Positions 38,001 through 51,300 of a stretch of DNA of 64,000 nt are shown piece after piece. A program made the position numbers and the translations under genes. The first letter of the stretch is position 1, and every line of letters begins with the position of its first letter. The stretch is from Yuukianura sp. NJ FZ-2021 (taxonomy: Eukaryota): the NCBI GenBank assembly GCA_046563655.1, contig CM102288.1, positions 3,844,001 through 3,908,000 on the forward strand, given 5' to 3'. The notes under the pieces are model-generated. The model had not been told where the DNA came from. It worked only from the letters and a program-made list of their open reading frames with translations, and did no database searches.

Positions 38001-38811
38001 ATGAATTCCAAATTTTTGGTTTTCGTCGTCGTACTGGTTGTCGTTGTTGCCGTTGTACGTTACTCTTTTAAATCTTAAGCTCAATTCTCACTCCCGATTT
38101 TCACTATCCAGATCCACACTTGAGCTTCCCATTTAAAATAAATATTTTAACTAATAATTTAGTAATAATTAATTTAATGATATAATTTAATAATTACAAT
38201 TCAAAATTTTTTGCTGTAAAGGGAGCAGATGATGACAAGAAGCACGAATGGAAATGTAAAGGTGAGAAACTAGAATTTGACAAGACCAAACATGAGGCGA
38301 TGAAGAAGTGCTGGGAGGATTTGAAAGCGAGAAATGAGAAGAGCAAAAACAAAGAGCGCAAAAGACGCGACGCGGATGACAAGGGAGGCAAAAAGGGCTG
38401 CAAGAAGGGGGCCGGCATGCATTTCAAACCAGACGCGGCCTTTGTCAAATGCAAATTGGAAGCCGTTGGAGCAGTCGCAGACGGAGTTATTAAAGTTGAC
38501 GCCATTAACGCCAGTATTGACAAGGTTTTCCCGAAGGCCGTGCGAGAAGACTTGAAAAAAGCTATGAAGGGATGTGCCGATAAAGTCAAGGATCATAAGT
38601 TGACCAAAGATGAAGATTATGCACCGTTCGGCAAGTGTCAAATGAAGGCTGTTATGAAAGTAAGTTCTCTCTGCCTAACCTAACTTAAACAACAACTTTG
38701 CACGCCGTCAATTTTGGACTGTGTGAATTATCCTTTACCCTCTTTATTCTAACATTTACTTTTTAACTTAATTTTTAGGCTTGCAAGAATGACAATGAGG
38801 ATGACGCCTAA
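38001..38811 (+). CDS. Secreted odorant-binding-protein-like (PBP/GOBP-fold candidate), Lys-rich, 3 exons
   Basis: Signal peptide MNSKFLVFVVVLVVVVAV|GA; 7 Cys including a terminal C-x8-C (KCQMKAVMK|AC) and 'VKCKLEAVGAVADGVIKVDAI'; TATAAAA near 37942. Confidence 0.6.
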
Positions 38812-38989
38812 GCTGGAACAAGATTGGAGTTGAAGAATTCAAAAATTCTCAAAAATATTGCAATTTTAGTCAAAAGTAGTCAAAAGTAGTCAAAAATAAA
38901 TAGCGAATTTGTCTCAACATTGTTTTCCCTTACCCGTGCAATTTAATTTTAGCACAGTAAACCATAAGTTAAACTCTGAAGTTAAAAAA

Positions 38990-40627
38990 TTAGTCAAAGG
39001 TCACCGGAACAATTTCATTAAAATTGGAAAAATCTATTTCGTATGTAGAGCTGCTTGATTTCTTCAGCTTCATTTTGAGAGGACGAAAAGCATGATTCTC
39101 ATAAATCTCAGAAGGAATATAAGATGACCTCGCCTAAAATTAGTAATTAAATATTAGTATTAATATCATATTTTATTCATAACTTTATTAAAAATACATA
39201 CCTGCGTCATTTGACCTGTCGCTTCTACAATTCCTTCTAAAACTACTATAACTTCAAAGTAGTCGTCGTCAGTTTGACTGTGACCTTTGACCTCTCCTGT
39301 CTCTTGTCCATCAACCAATTTCTGTTGTATAAAAAATTTGTGCAGAGGTGATTCTTCTGTTACTGGATGGACTACTGTCGTAGGCCAAAAAAGTAAAAAG
39401 TCAGTTCCATCTTCTCCATCAGCGGACACCTACGATCAAAATTTACAAATCAAGGTCAAAGGTCAACTTTTTGGACACAATGTGCTGTATACCTCCAACT
39501 TTTCCTTGTTGATGATGTAGTCTCCAATTTGGAGGTCACCTGAATGACCTCTCGGGTCACTCCGAACTTTACGCCAAGTGACCAACTGAGCTCGGATTCT
39601 CGCTTCTAACAAGTTGGACTTGTTACGCAGGTCAGCCAGACGAAACATGAAATTCAGGATTCCGTTTGGTCCACGGTGAATCACTGCGTACTTGCTAAAT
39701 AAAAGTGTGGCCGTACGCTTTTTGCCGCGTGCAATTTTGACGAAGATGAGTCCAACAAGGACGCCCTCTAGAATACAACCGACGATTGACTGGAAACAGA
39801 AAGTTATTATGGTTGACGCGCATTCTTCAGTAAGATGATACCAGCCATAACCTTCAAGCATCGATTAAAATTTGTTAATTACGTCAAAATTTTAATTAAT
39901 TTAGTTAATTTTTACCAGTTGTATGCTGAGTTTCGACGCTAAACAGAAACGCGCCGGCGAAATTCCTGATTTCCGTAATACACGGAACGAAAGTTGAGTT
40001 TTTGTAATTCGATTCTTGGAAATCACCGTGAATGTACAACAGGCCATACCAAACTACAGCAAATACTACAAAAACAAATATGATATAAAATATAATATAT
40101 TAATATAAAATAAACAATTTACTCACTCAACCATGTTCCGAAGTAGACAATACAAAAGACGAGGAGCAAAAGGCGCCACTGAATTTCGACTAACGTGGTA
40201 AAAATATCTTCGAAAAAATGATGTGCTCCCACCGGTTTTCCGGTCCAGTCAAAATTTCCATCTTTTCTAACTAATCTAATCCAAAATAAAAGATTCATTC
40301 ACTAAATATTTATTATACATATTATAAAATATAAAACAATAGTAAATATAATTGTATTAAAAATGACCTTTATATCTTAAGGTATTCACCTAGATTAGCA
40401 ATATACTGCGACTTTACGTAATCTTACCTAGGAAATTTGTGAATGGAAGGTGACCTGATTGACATTTGACCTGATATGGGTTCACCATGGGTTGACCCGT
40501 CTCTGGTCAACATTTGACCCAGTTCGTCAACATTCCCATTCAGCTTGTCTCTTCTGGATTTTGACGTCTTGACCTCTGTGAGGTCAAGTGGTGACGTGTT
40601 GTCTTCAGAATGCAAAAAATTTGCCAT
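38990..40627 (-). CDS. Inward-rectifier K+ channel (Kir paralog 1)
   Basis: 'FFEDIFTTLVEIQWR', 'YIHGD', 'FAGAFLFSVETQHTT|GYGWYHLTEEC', 'QSIVGCILEG', 'KKRTATLLFSKYAV', 'FEVIVVLEGIVEATGQMTQ|ARSSYIPSEI'. Confidence 0.92.
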
Positions 40628-41756
40628 TTTGAAAAATTTTGAGTTGTGAAGTTGCGAGTTTGCACGGTATATTTTTTTAAAGTATTTTTATGTCGTAACT
40701 GTTGAGTGTGGAGGAAAAATTTAAGAATTGAAATCTAAAATTGCAAACTGCAGAAACCGAAGTAATAAATTGGCACTTGTGAAAGTGAAGTTGCAGTGAT
40801 ATGGAGTGATATACAGAAGTGTCAAGTACTTAAGATAGGAATTCAACTTAACTCAGGATATAGTTAATTAAACTTAACTTTCAACTTTAACCTCACACAA
40901 TTCCATTCTCTTCAAACTTGAAACTTATCAAATAAGTTGGTCACCTTGAGTGACCTCTTGAAAACAATTGGAACATGGAACTATCATGTTTTACACTTAA
41001 AGTGTCCCATAAATTCCAAAACTGCTGTTATATCACACTTAAATTCGCACTTCCACTTACTACTTTTTTATTACTAGTAACCACACGCTTTCAACTGAAG
41101 CATTTTAGCAACTTAACGCAAAAACAAAACAACGAGGACGCAAAAAAGTGGTCAAGCGTCATTTGTACTTTTTTGTGGTTTTGAAGTAATTTGAAGGAAA
41201 ATGTGAATGAATTAAAAAAAGAAGCTTTTGAAAGAATAAATTTCTCAAAAAAATGAATTTCTAACAAAATTGATTTTTTTTTTAATTTTGATAAACATGT
41301 TTTTTACTCACAAAATTTTTGAACAGTACCATTACACAATTTCGAATTTTACAAAGTATTTTGTCCCGATTTTTCCCGTTTTTAGTTTCATAAAAATACA
41401 GAGCCCTGTTAAAAGTTTTTCCTTTTGAAATGTTCGGATTTCAAGGTTCTTTACAAATGTCAAACAATAAATCTACCTTTTTCGAAATTTTCTTTACAAA
41501 TAAATAAAAATTCTGAGAAATTTTCGTTTTTTTGTTTCCTTTGATCCCCTCCGTCTTTTTTCTTGTTCTAAGTACAGGAATAATTCATGAGACCCAATGA
41601 CGCTTATTGAAATTGGTTCCTTCTTTTTTCACCTTCGTAGAATTTTTTGAAAGCCTTTTCAAAATTCATTTTCAGTCGCACAGCAGAAGTGATACTGTCA
41701 ATGGTAAACTTCAGTTTTTTTCCTTCAGTTAACCTAATCTAAACCTAACTAACTTC

Positions 41757-44700
41757 ATGGAGGTCACCGGAAGTCTGGTACTGGAGATACTTGCAAGTAT
41801 CTTTTTCATCTGCCTGGTTGGCTATCTCTATGGACAGAAGAAGCCTGCGCGGTATCCACCCGGTAACTTTTACATTTTTCAAAATTTTGAATTTTTCTAA
41901 AAACTAATTTGGTTCTAAAGCTCTTGGTAGTCATTGGTACAGTGGTAGTCAGCTGTTGCCTAGTTTTAGTATAAGTAAATCTTACACCTAGGTTAATTAA
42001 TGAATTCAAAAAATAAGTTTCGTTTTGGTTTTCAAAAATAAGTAAGTAAAAAGTCAAAATTTGGCCAAATTTTGAGACATTTTACATAAAAAATAAGTTA
42101 GCAACCGCGTCTCCTAGTTCTAAATCCGCTCAATCGGCAATATCCGCTTTATCTTAGCTCTAGTAAGCCCAATTTCTGTTTCCTGTTTCATTGTTTTGAT
42201 TGGGGACGGGATAAGTTTCGTCAAAATTTGCGTAGTCGATGAAAGTTTCACCGTCTGGTCCGGATTTTGTACTCGGTCGAGTTCGTGTCAAACTTTTGAA
42301 ACGATGACCAAAGAGAATTTCAGAGGACAAGTATGAACTACGTGCTTGTGTCACGAGTCCAGTAGATTCAACTACTCCTTCTAGGATTACAATGATTTCA
42401 AAAGGAGCAGAGGTCACGTCGAGGTCACCGTCTTCTGTTAGAAATCGTTTCAGAGGAGACGAGTCATCTATTCGGTGGATCACTGTTGTTGGCCATAGTA
42501 GCAGCAAAGTGTTCCCACGCTCACCGTCACCCCCAACCTTAATAATGTCAAAAATCATCACTTTTAGGTTTTGACGTGACCTGAGGTCACGCCGGGGTCA
42601 CGCACGTATGTTACCTCAATTTCTTCTTGACTCAGCGGCACTTCCTCTCCCTCTGGCGTGACTCTGGACGTAATCAGCTGAGCTCGGATTGTCGCTTGGA
42701 GTAGAGTTGACTTTGATCTGAGATCGGCCACTCGGAACATGAAGCAAAGCCGACCGTCACGGTGCGAAACGACGCCGTGGCGACTAAACAAAAGTGTCGC
42801 CGTACGTTTTTTGGCGCGCGACATTTTGAGAAGCACGAGACCTACGACGAGGCCTTCCAGAATTACGCCTAAAATGGACTGTGCACAGAGCGTGATGACG
42901 GCCGGGACGCATTTTTCTGTGATGTGGTAGAAGCCGTATCCACTGAAACAAAAACGTCAAACGTCAACGCTTCATGACGTCAATTGTAACGTCCAAAGTT
43001 ATTGACGTCAATGAACTCACGTCGTCTGCTGCGTCTCTAAACTGAAGAGAAACGTTGACGTAAAATCCAGTATGTTGGTTATGCAGGGACGCCAAGTAGG
43101 ATTTTCCAGATTCTCTTCAACAAAATCGCCATGGACGTACAAAATTATGTACCAAATGACCGCGAAAACTAAAAAACGAAACGAAATATATTTTATACAT
43201 GTATAAATTAATATATTATTATTATAATTATTATATAATTGCACAACGTACTCAGCCAAGAGCTTATGTAACTTATGACGATGACCAGTAGGAGCCAGCG
43301 CCACTTGGCATCCAAGAACGTCGTGAAAATATCCGTCCAAAACGCTTTGTTCAAATAGTGAATATTCGTGTGTGTGATGTTGCGAATTCCTTTTTTAGTC
43401 ACCGATCTTGTTTGGCTGTAACATTTTGAAAACTTTTTCAAAAATTTGATTTTTTTTTCAATTTTGTCTGTAAAGGTCAAAAGGTCATACCCATCTCCAT
43501 TTGGTAGTTGCTGTGACCTTTGCGTAGTTGCTTGTCCACTGACGTCGGCGGAAGTTGCTCCATAGTTTGTAGCTGAGTTGACATCATCTTCGGATGTGTT
43601 GAGGAGAGATCTATCATCTGCATAGGCCGACTTCAAAGCCATTCCTGATTCCTAATTCCAATTCCTGATTCCTGATAATTCCAATTCCTGATTCCTTATG
43701 ATTTCAATTCCTGATATTCAAAATTATCTAAACTGGAACTTGCGGAACTGGAATCTGCGCTGTTCCATCCAGCCTTGCAAAATAATTCCAGATTTTGCGA
43801 AATTTTGTTTTTGCGACTTTGACCTTTACAGGAGAGAATCCTCTGAAGTTGTGAATCTCAAAATAAGTTTTCGGTTGAGCAGAAGCAGTAAAAGTCTGTT
43901 CTCATCTGTTTCTGTTCTTCTCTTCTGGAAGATGTTGTTGCTCTTTTGAATCACTCAGAGGCTAAAAAGAGCATAGCCACTTCGTTGCCACTTTGTAGCC
44001 AAGAGCTCTGGAGGAAGTGGTTTACGCCTATAAATGATACCAACTACAAAACCAAACACAGAATGGGATAAGATAAGCGATGTATGTGGAAACGCTGACA
44101 AGCGTCAAAGGAGATTAACATTACTGTAGACTAGGTTTTTCAATGATTAAGAAACGCAATTAGCACAATCATCAAAGATATCTTTTAATTTTAGACTCCT
44201 CAAAAATGTTGTGGCTAAAACTGTAAAGAAAGTTAGCATGAAATTTTGATTTTGATTTTTTTTTAAGGGCCCTGGGGGTTTCCATTGCTTGGACACTTGC
44301 CACTGCTGGGAAATGCTCCATTTCGAACATTCCGAACCTGGAAACCAAAATATGGACCAATCGTTGCAGTCGATTTTGGACAATTTCCGTAATTTCGAAA
44401 ACAAAATTTGAAAAAAAAATCGATGCTCCAATTCAACTTTAGCAAATACATGTAAAATGAGAATTTAATTCTGCTAATTTTTTAGAACGGTGGCAATAAG
44501 CGATTACAAATTGATCAGAGAGGCAAATGCTATGATGGAATTCAGTGGTCGTCCAAATCTTCAACCATTTTTGGATAGGAGCAATGGAAAGCGCCGCGGT
44601 AAAAATTTTCATCAGTGCTTATTTCAGTTTCCAAAAGAAACTTTTGAATTTGGAAGTTTTTAAAATTTGAAATGAGTATTTTGTTGTTTTTAGGAGTAAT

Positions 44701-45976
44701 TTTTAGTGACGGAGCAGAATGGGCTGAGCAGCGTCGTTTCACTTTTACGCACTTGAAAAATTTCGGGTTTGGAAAAAACAGTGCTGAGAATGTTATTAAC
44801 GACGAGTATTCCGAGGTCATTGACTTTTTGAAATCGACCAATGGGAAGCCAGTGTCCATCCAGGACATGCTGCATGTCGCCAATGTCAACGCAATCTGGA
44901 TGCTCACGACTTCAGAACGATTCGAAAAGTCGGACGCCAATTTGAAACTTTTGCTCAACGCAATTAGAGGGTTAGCTAAAAAGCAGAAAATTAGCAACAT
45001 TTTTGAAAAGCTAGAATTTTAATTTTTTGTTTAGAAATATTGAGGAAAACAATGGATTGGCAGCAGCCGGAATGTTTTTCCCGTGGCTGACCAAAACTTT
45101 TCCAAAATTGCTTGGTTACGACCAAATGATGAAGGACCTTGGCCCCCTCCTGGAGTTTCTGGACAAACCAATTAAGCAACATATCCAGAACCACGTTCCA
45201 GGAAAACCAAGGGACTTCCTGGACGTATACATAGACGAAATTAAGAAAACGACCGATGTCAACTCCAGTTTCTATGGACAAATTGGCGGTAAAGCACGAA
45301 ATTCAATCAACTTTTTAAAAATCGATTTCAATTCAACTTCAAATTTTCAGAAATTTCGATGAGAACTGTCCTGCTGGATCTGTTCACCGCCGGAAGTGAG
45401 ACGACCAACACAACTCTCGTGTACTACACAATGTACTTGGCACTATTTCCCCAAGTTCAGTCCAAGTTGCATGACCTCATTGACCTCGAAATCGGCCGTT
45501 CACGACGACCAACATTAGCTGACAGGGAGCGTCTAGTTTATCTAGAAGCAACGACACTAGAGGTCCTCCGCATCTCTTCGATCATCTCAATCGGAATTTT
45601 CAGAAATACGCTTTCGGATGTTGAGTTTCATGGATTCAAAATTCCAAAAAATACGATGATCATTATGAATTTGTTTGATGCGAATCATGACGAGGGATAC
45701 TGGACAGATCCAGAAGTTTTTCGTCCAGAACGATTTCTGTCACAAGATGGACAAAAACTTGTGGCACACGAAGCATTTTTGGCATTTGGAAGCGGCAAGA
45801 GGGAATGTCCAGGGAAAAAGTTGTCGTTAAACCAAATTTTCCTTTTTATTGTGTCACTTTTACAAAATTTCAAAATTGAAGTTGATCAGGACAACCCGCC
45901 TTCTACGGATCCAATCGTCAGCTTCGTTTTGCTTCCAAAACCACACAAGTTACGCTACATTCCCCGAAATCTTTAA
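41757..45976 (+). CDS. Cytochrome P450, CYP2 clan; exon 1 at 41757-41862, intron 1 at 41863-44267
   Basis: MEVTGSLVLEILASIFFICLVGYLYGQKKPARYPPG|PWGFPLLGHLP; 'WAEQRRF' (WxxxR), 'DLFTAGSETT', 'EVLR', 'FRPERF', heme motif 'FGSGKRECPG'. Confidence 0.92.
42160..43642 (-). CDS. Inward-rectifier K+ channel (Kir paralog 2), nested antisense in P450 intron 1
   Basis: 'FWTDIFTTFLDAKWRW', 'YVHGD', 'FLFSLETQQT|TGYGFYHITEKC', 'QSILGVILEG', 'KKRTATLLFSRHGV', 'FEIIVILEGVVESTGLVTQARSSYLSSEILFGHRF'. Confidence 0.92.
43643..43719. repeat. Degenerate (attcctg/attcca)n microsatellite directly upstream of the Kir paralog 2 ATG
   Basis: ttcctgattcctaattccaattcctgattcctgataattccaattcctgattcc... Confidence 0.7.
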
Positions 45977-48373
45977 ATTTTGAAAAAAAAATTAATACTC
46001 CAAAATTCAAAATTTTGGTTTTTGTTGCTTCAAATATTATCAGAGATGTGTACATAGCAGGAATACAAGGTTTGTTTTCAGAAAATAAATGTTTTTCAAA
46101 ATTTTAATTTAACTTTCACTCGAACTTTCACTTTCCGGTTTGAACTCGGCGACTCAACTTCAGTTTCCTGTTGATTTTTTTCAGGTCACGTACGGTTTTC
46201 TTTGAAGAATGTACAAAAAAGATGGCAAACAGGAACTGAAGCTTTTTTTTTCTGCGTGAGAGCTTCCGCCGTGTCATGTCAAAGGCTTGTCTTGTCTGCT
46301 TGTATCCCTCAGTTATCTATCTGAATTTTTCAGAAACCACGGGTCGTAGGACCTCTAACGAAATGACAGTTTTTTTTATCTTTTGACATTTCCTTAAAAA
46401 ACGGCGGGGAAAAGAGATGAGAAGCGGAGATAAATACGACAAGCGGAGATGGGCTTTTCTCTTTAAGGTTACGTCCGTTATTCCAGGCTTTTCCAGCAGC
46501 GTTGGCAAAAACTTTTTCAAAAGGAAAAAAAATCACTGGAGACGACATGCGCAAACAAGCGACGAACGCTGGAGAAAGTTGGACTTTCTCCTCCTCCGGT
46601 CCAAATCCAGGAAAAACGGGTCAGGAGGCAGGATTCGGTTGGGGACTTGGAAATAGTTTTACATCCGACGTTCAGACGTGGAGTGCTTCCTGAGCAGCAG
46701 GAATTCCAAAACCAAAATTTTGAAATCTTAGTTTTTTGAAATTTCGAAAGCTTGTCACGGCACATGATTTATTGTGTTACACTTTGTATTTTCTAGACAG
46801 ACTTTAGTGGAATTTTAAAACGGTTAAAGTGAAAGTAAAAGAGAAAGTGATCGATAATTAAAATAATTTTGACGTTAGCGTTTTAAGTAAAGCAGAGTCA
46901 GTGACTGAACACTCGCGAATCGTGAAAACTTAATTTCGCGACGTGAAAAAAAGCAGAGGGAAGGTGGAATCGAACTGGCAACAGGTTGGAAAAGTTCCAT
47001 GACATAAAAATGTGCTCATCCAATTCAGGTAACAAATTTTCTCCTGTACTCAATAACTTTCACCACGTTGATTAATGTTTAATCACCAAATTTAAAATCT
47101 TACACAAGATCATTTTTCGTTTACGCAAGACATGCAGCACGCAACAGGAACCTTTGAAAAAATCGAAATGGCAAACAATTTATTTAAAACTCTATAAAAA
47201 TTAAAATGTTTTATACTTTTTACTTATATTTTATTAAATTAATTTGAAACTTAGCTCTTCCGTGAAAATGTAGAAGGAGAAAAGTTGCAAGGATTAAAAA
47301 CGTTTCACTACTTCCACTTTTGTCCCCGCGAAAAACCCGCCTACGCAAAGTTACATTGGAAAAGTTAAAACGGCTTCTGGATTTTCTATTTTAAAATCTC
47401 CCGCCGTGCTCGACGTCTACTTAACAAAAACCGTTAAAAACCTCCATATTGAAAATTATTTCTGAGCTTGTAGAACTCTCCTGAAATGAGAATTTTGAAA
47501 AATACTGTGAACTATAACTCAAAATTTTGGAAAACTTTTTAGAACAAAATTACTTTGTCTAAGTATACTACAAAAGACAGCAAACATTAATTGAACTCTT
47601 TCTCTCGTTTGTTACTGTCAAATTCCAAATTGAATTCATGTTCTCCTTTTAGTTTTTTACTCTAAACACAACTTCTTTTTTTTTTTTATATAGAAAAGCT
47701 TTTTCTTAGGACTACTACTTTCTTCCGCTTTTTTTAAACTGAGAGAGGAGAAAACTTTTACCCACTTTAACTCACTTCTGCTTTCAAAGTCGTAACAAAA
47801 GACTTTCTTCGACGTTGCTACACAAAAACGAGTTTCAGCAACCTCCAAAATAAAAAAAAAAAACTCAACTTGATCTTTTTTTTTAAAGATTCGTCTTATT
47901 TTCACTCTCCCCAGAGTTGACATCCGAAATCCTGGAAGCTTTCTCTTTTTCATGACTCTGATCCTAGAAGCTGATAGACTAAAATCAGTCCCCTGCTGCC
48001 TCTCTCTCTGTAAATTGTTTACCTGAAACAGAAAAAAGCGTGAGTTTACTTTTCATTAGTTCCTTGTTTGCTTGGTCTCTACTCACTTTTCACAACTTTC
48101 CAGCCAAAGCGCTGAAGCACTTTTTTTCTAAAGACATTGAGACAAGAAACGCTGATTTTTTGTGGTAACTTGGGAAAAGAAGGCCAAGTGAAAGCCAAAT
48201 CCCCAAAAAGAAATTTTGTGGTCCTGCTGCTGCTGAAAGCAGAAAAAAAACATAATCTTTCTGACTTTCCGACACTACACTACGCCGCAAATTGAAAAGA
48301 GACCAAAGCCGTTAGCTGTTACAAAAAAGAAGTAATAATCCGAGTCTGAAAGAAGGAAGAAACGGATGTACTG

Positions 48374-48387
48374 GTTGCCATGGCAAC
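48374..48387. promoter_or_regulatory. Perfect palindromic RFX X-box
   Basis: GTTGCCATGGCAAC, the optimal RFX site, in non-coding DNA ~3.4 kb upstream of the first identified PRRT3/4-like coding exon. Confidence 0.7.
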
Positions 48388-51300
48388 CGAGCCGTCTAGC
48401 CCTTAGCTACCGCCGTTGTTCTCTGCTGCAGCTAATTTGAAAATCTCTGCAGAAGTAGTTTGTGAAATTGACTCAGATGGAAAAAAGAAAAATGGGTTTC
48501 AATTTCCATGTAATGGGAGAAAGCAGACTTACTATTTTAGTGAAACTCTTACAAAGAGCACACAAAGTACAAAAACGTGCGGTTTATATTCAAAACGTGT
48601 TTCAAAACAAACTAAACTCAAACCGAGGCTCAACCTGTTTGAAGTTTATTAAAAATTTGGGATTGATGTAACGTGAGCTAATGAAATCAAGTAGAAAGTA
48701 GTTTTCTCACGCAAGTCATTTGTAAAACTCGTCAACCTTGTTTGAATTTTAGAATCCAAGTTGCGTGAGATGAAAATTGAGAATGTGTTAATTTCGTGAA
48801 ACAAAAATTTAATTAGAGAAGTGAATTTGAAAGGAGTTGTTAATTGGAAAGATGAAGAGTGGGAAGTTTAGGAACGAATTTGGGAGAACAGGCCAAATCG
48901 TCTCATCTTCATTTCAAAATCCTCCGTTTTTAAAGAGAACAAAGGACGTCCTGGATTTTAACTCAAATATGGTGCTCAAATTTCAGTTTTAACAAGGACA
49001 CAACCTAGAGCTCAAACTTTATCTCACAAGTCCAGTCTTATACTGAGCTGCTAAAAAGCGTATAAGTGGAAAGGCTTTTCCATCAATTTTAATGCAGAAA
49101 GCAGGAGAAAATTTTAGATTTATGTGAAAACGGAAAACTTTGTCAGTGAAATGACAAGTACAAAGTACCAAATTCTTAACTTGTACTTGTTGGGCAATTT
49201 ATTGTTTCGTTTTTCATTTGCCCAAACTTAATCAACTTGCCTCGTACTAAATTAATTAGAGTAAATGAGAAAAAGTGGATTAGAAAATTTGTTAAGAAAT
49301 ACGGTTGTAGTTGCATATGGGCAGGCGAAGGAAATTAATTAGACACGCCTAAAATCCTTCCGCCTAAAAGCTTTCGCCAACTTTTAGTTTTTTGGAACCA
49401 GAAAAAACGAACAACTGAAACTAAAATCTCCTTTCTAATTAATTTCTCGTGTTCTAAAACTTGTTTTTTTTTTGTGAATTTTTCGGGGAGTGGTTTTGCC
49501 TTTTAGTAATTCTGACTTTCCAAACTTTTCTAAACATTTTTTGTTTAGAAAGAGACAAATTTGATACAAAGTTTCGAAAAAGAGAAAAACTTTTCTCTTT
49601 CGACTGGTGTTTTTTCCATGTAATTTTCTTGTTCTAGGTAATACCTTTTACACTAAACCTGCAATTTGTTCAAAACAAGCACTGCAGTGCTACAAGTTTG
49701 AAAATAAAAAAAAACGTAATTCGAGGACAGGGAGGATTTCAGATAGGAAAATGTAATACAATTTATGGCTTGTTTTCTTTTCCCAAGTTATGGTGAAGGT
49801 AAAAGTCTAAATTGAATACAAAATTCTGAATTTTGAACCAAAATCAACCTATTGTAAGAATCAAAATCTGAATTTCAAATAGAATTACACTGTTTGCACA
49901 TAAAATTGTTCCACTAGTGCTTTTGTAGACTTTGAAAGTTTTGAAGACTTGTTTTCAATTTCTGAACAAGAGTGTTTGAATTCTTTGAAACCGAAACTTT
50001 TCCTTCTTCGTTTTCTTTTCAAAATTGTTTGAACTTTGAACTTTTCTTTATTCTTTCGCCCAGGAGCAGAAGAGAGCCCCATTTCATTTGAAATTTGGAC
50101 AGTATGATCTTAAAACCGCCACTTCCCGCTCCTTCCTTCCGTTTCAACTTGAGTGTTTCTACTTTAAATTCATTCAATAACACCACGACCTCCCCGCTTT
50201 CACTTTTAATCCCATCAAATTCTTACGTCCCGCTTTCACTTGCCAACAAACACGTCTGAGGCTCTGACAGTGACAGAGTGAGTTCTTTTTCCCGCGCTGT
50301 TTGAAGTGTTGAAGGTTTTGAACCTTGGAGCCAAAAATGGCATCTTTCGAAAAGCGTTTTTGCAACATTGATAACCGAAAGAGGAAACACGTTTCCTCAA
50401 GTGCCGTCAGTGTGCGGTTGAAGATCATTTATTATTGAGACGCCGAAACTGTAAACCTAACCAAAATTGTAACTGGTTAGGTTTAGGTAAGCTTACACAA
50501 CCAAAATTGTTCATAGCAGAACCAAAATTGTTTGTACCAGAACCAACTTCTCCGCTTCTTTGCTTCGCTGATGCACTTTCACTTATCTGTCCAATTTTGG
50601 CCAGAGTGGCGAAGCGGCTACCGAAAAATGGACTTTCGCCACTTCACTTTCTCTCGGAAACTTAACCTACCGCCTAACACTATTGACCTGCTGAAAATGG
50701 CGGGAAAAGTGAAAGCGGGAGAAAAGATTTCAATCTACAAGGAAATACTTTCTTTGGAAAACACTTCTAAAAATCCTAACCTAACAAGAGCTTATCTTGT
50801 AAGATTAGGCTACTACCGCCTTAAAAGTGCTAGAGCGTACACAAAGGAAACATAACGTAAACTTTTGTAATACCAAAAATACGTTATGTCCGGATAGACT
50901 AACCAGGAAATTAGGGTTTTAGCAGAAAAACGAGCGGAAAATCTTTGTTCCCGCCAAAACCTGAAACTAAAGAGAGATTAATTGGATCTGAACAGCCAGT
51001 ATATTATCATCACACCCCAAGGAACAAAGAAAGACTTTCCAAATTTTCATTCGTGCAGACTTGGTTTCTTCTCCTCTTTTGTTTTCTGTTTTGAATAGGA
51101 GTTACACAAGCGAAAGAGAAAACCTAAAATGAACTTAACCTAACCAAAACCTAACGAAAGTTCCAGCACAGCCTTTTTTCCCACGTGAAATCACCATAAA
51201 ACTGTTCCTTTGGCCTAAGAAATATGAGGTCTCAAACTTTCTCTTTTCCGTTTTCTCCTTTAGTCTAACTTGAACAACTTTACGCTTCAGTGTCTCCACT

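Noticed and set aside
46317..47953. Short ORFs on both strands at 46.3-46.8 kb and 47657-47953
   Set aside because: No recognisable domain and no consistent spliced frame could be built; at most UTR or non-coding transcript.
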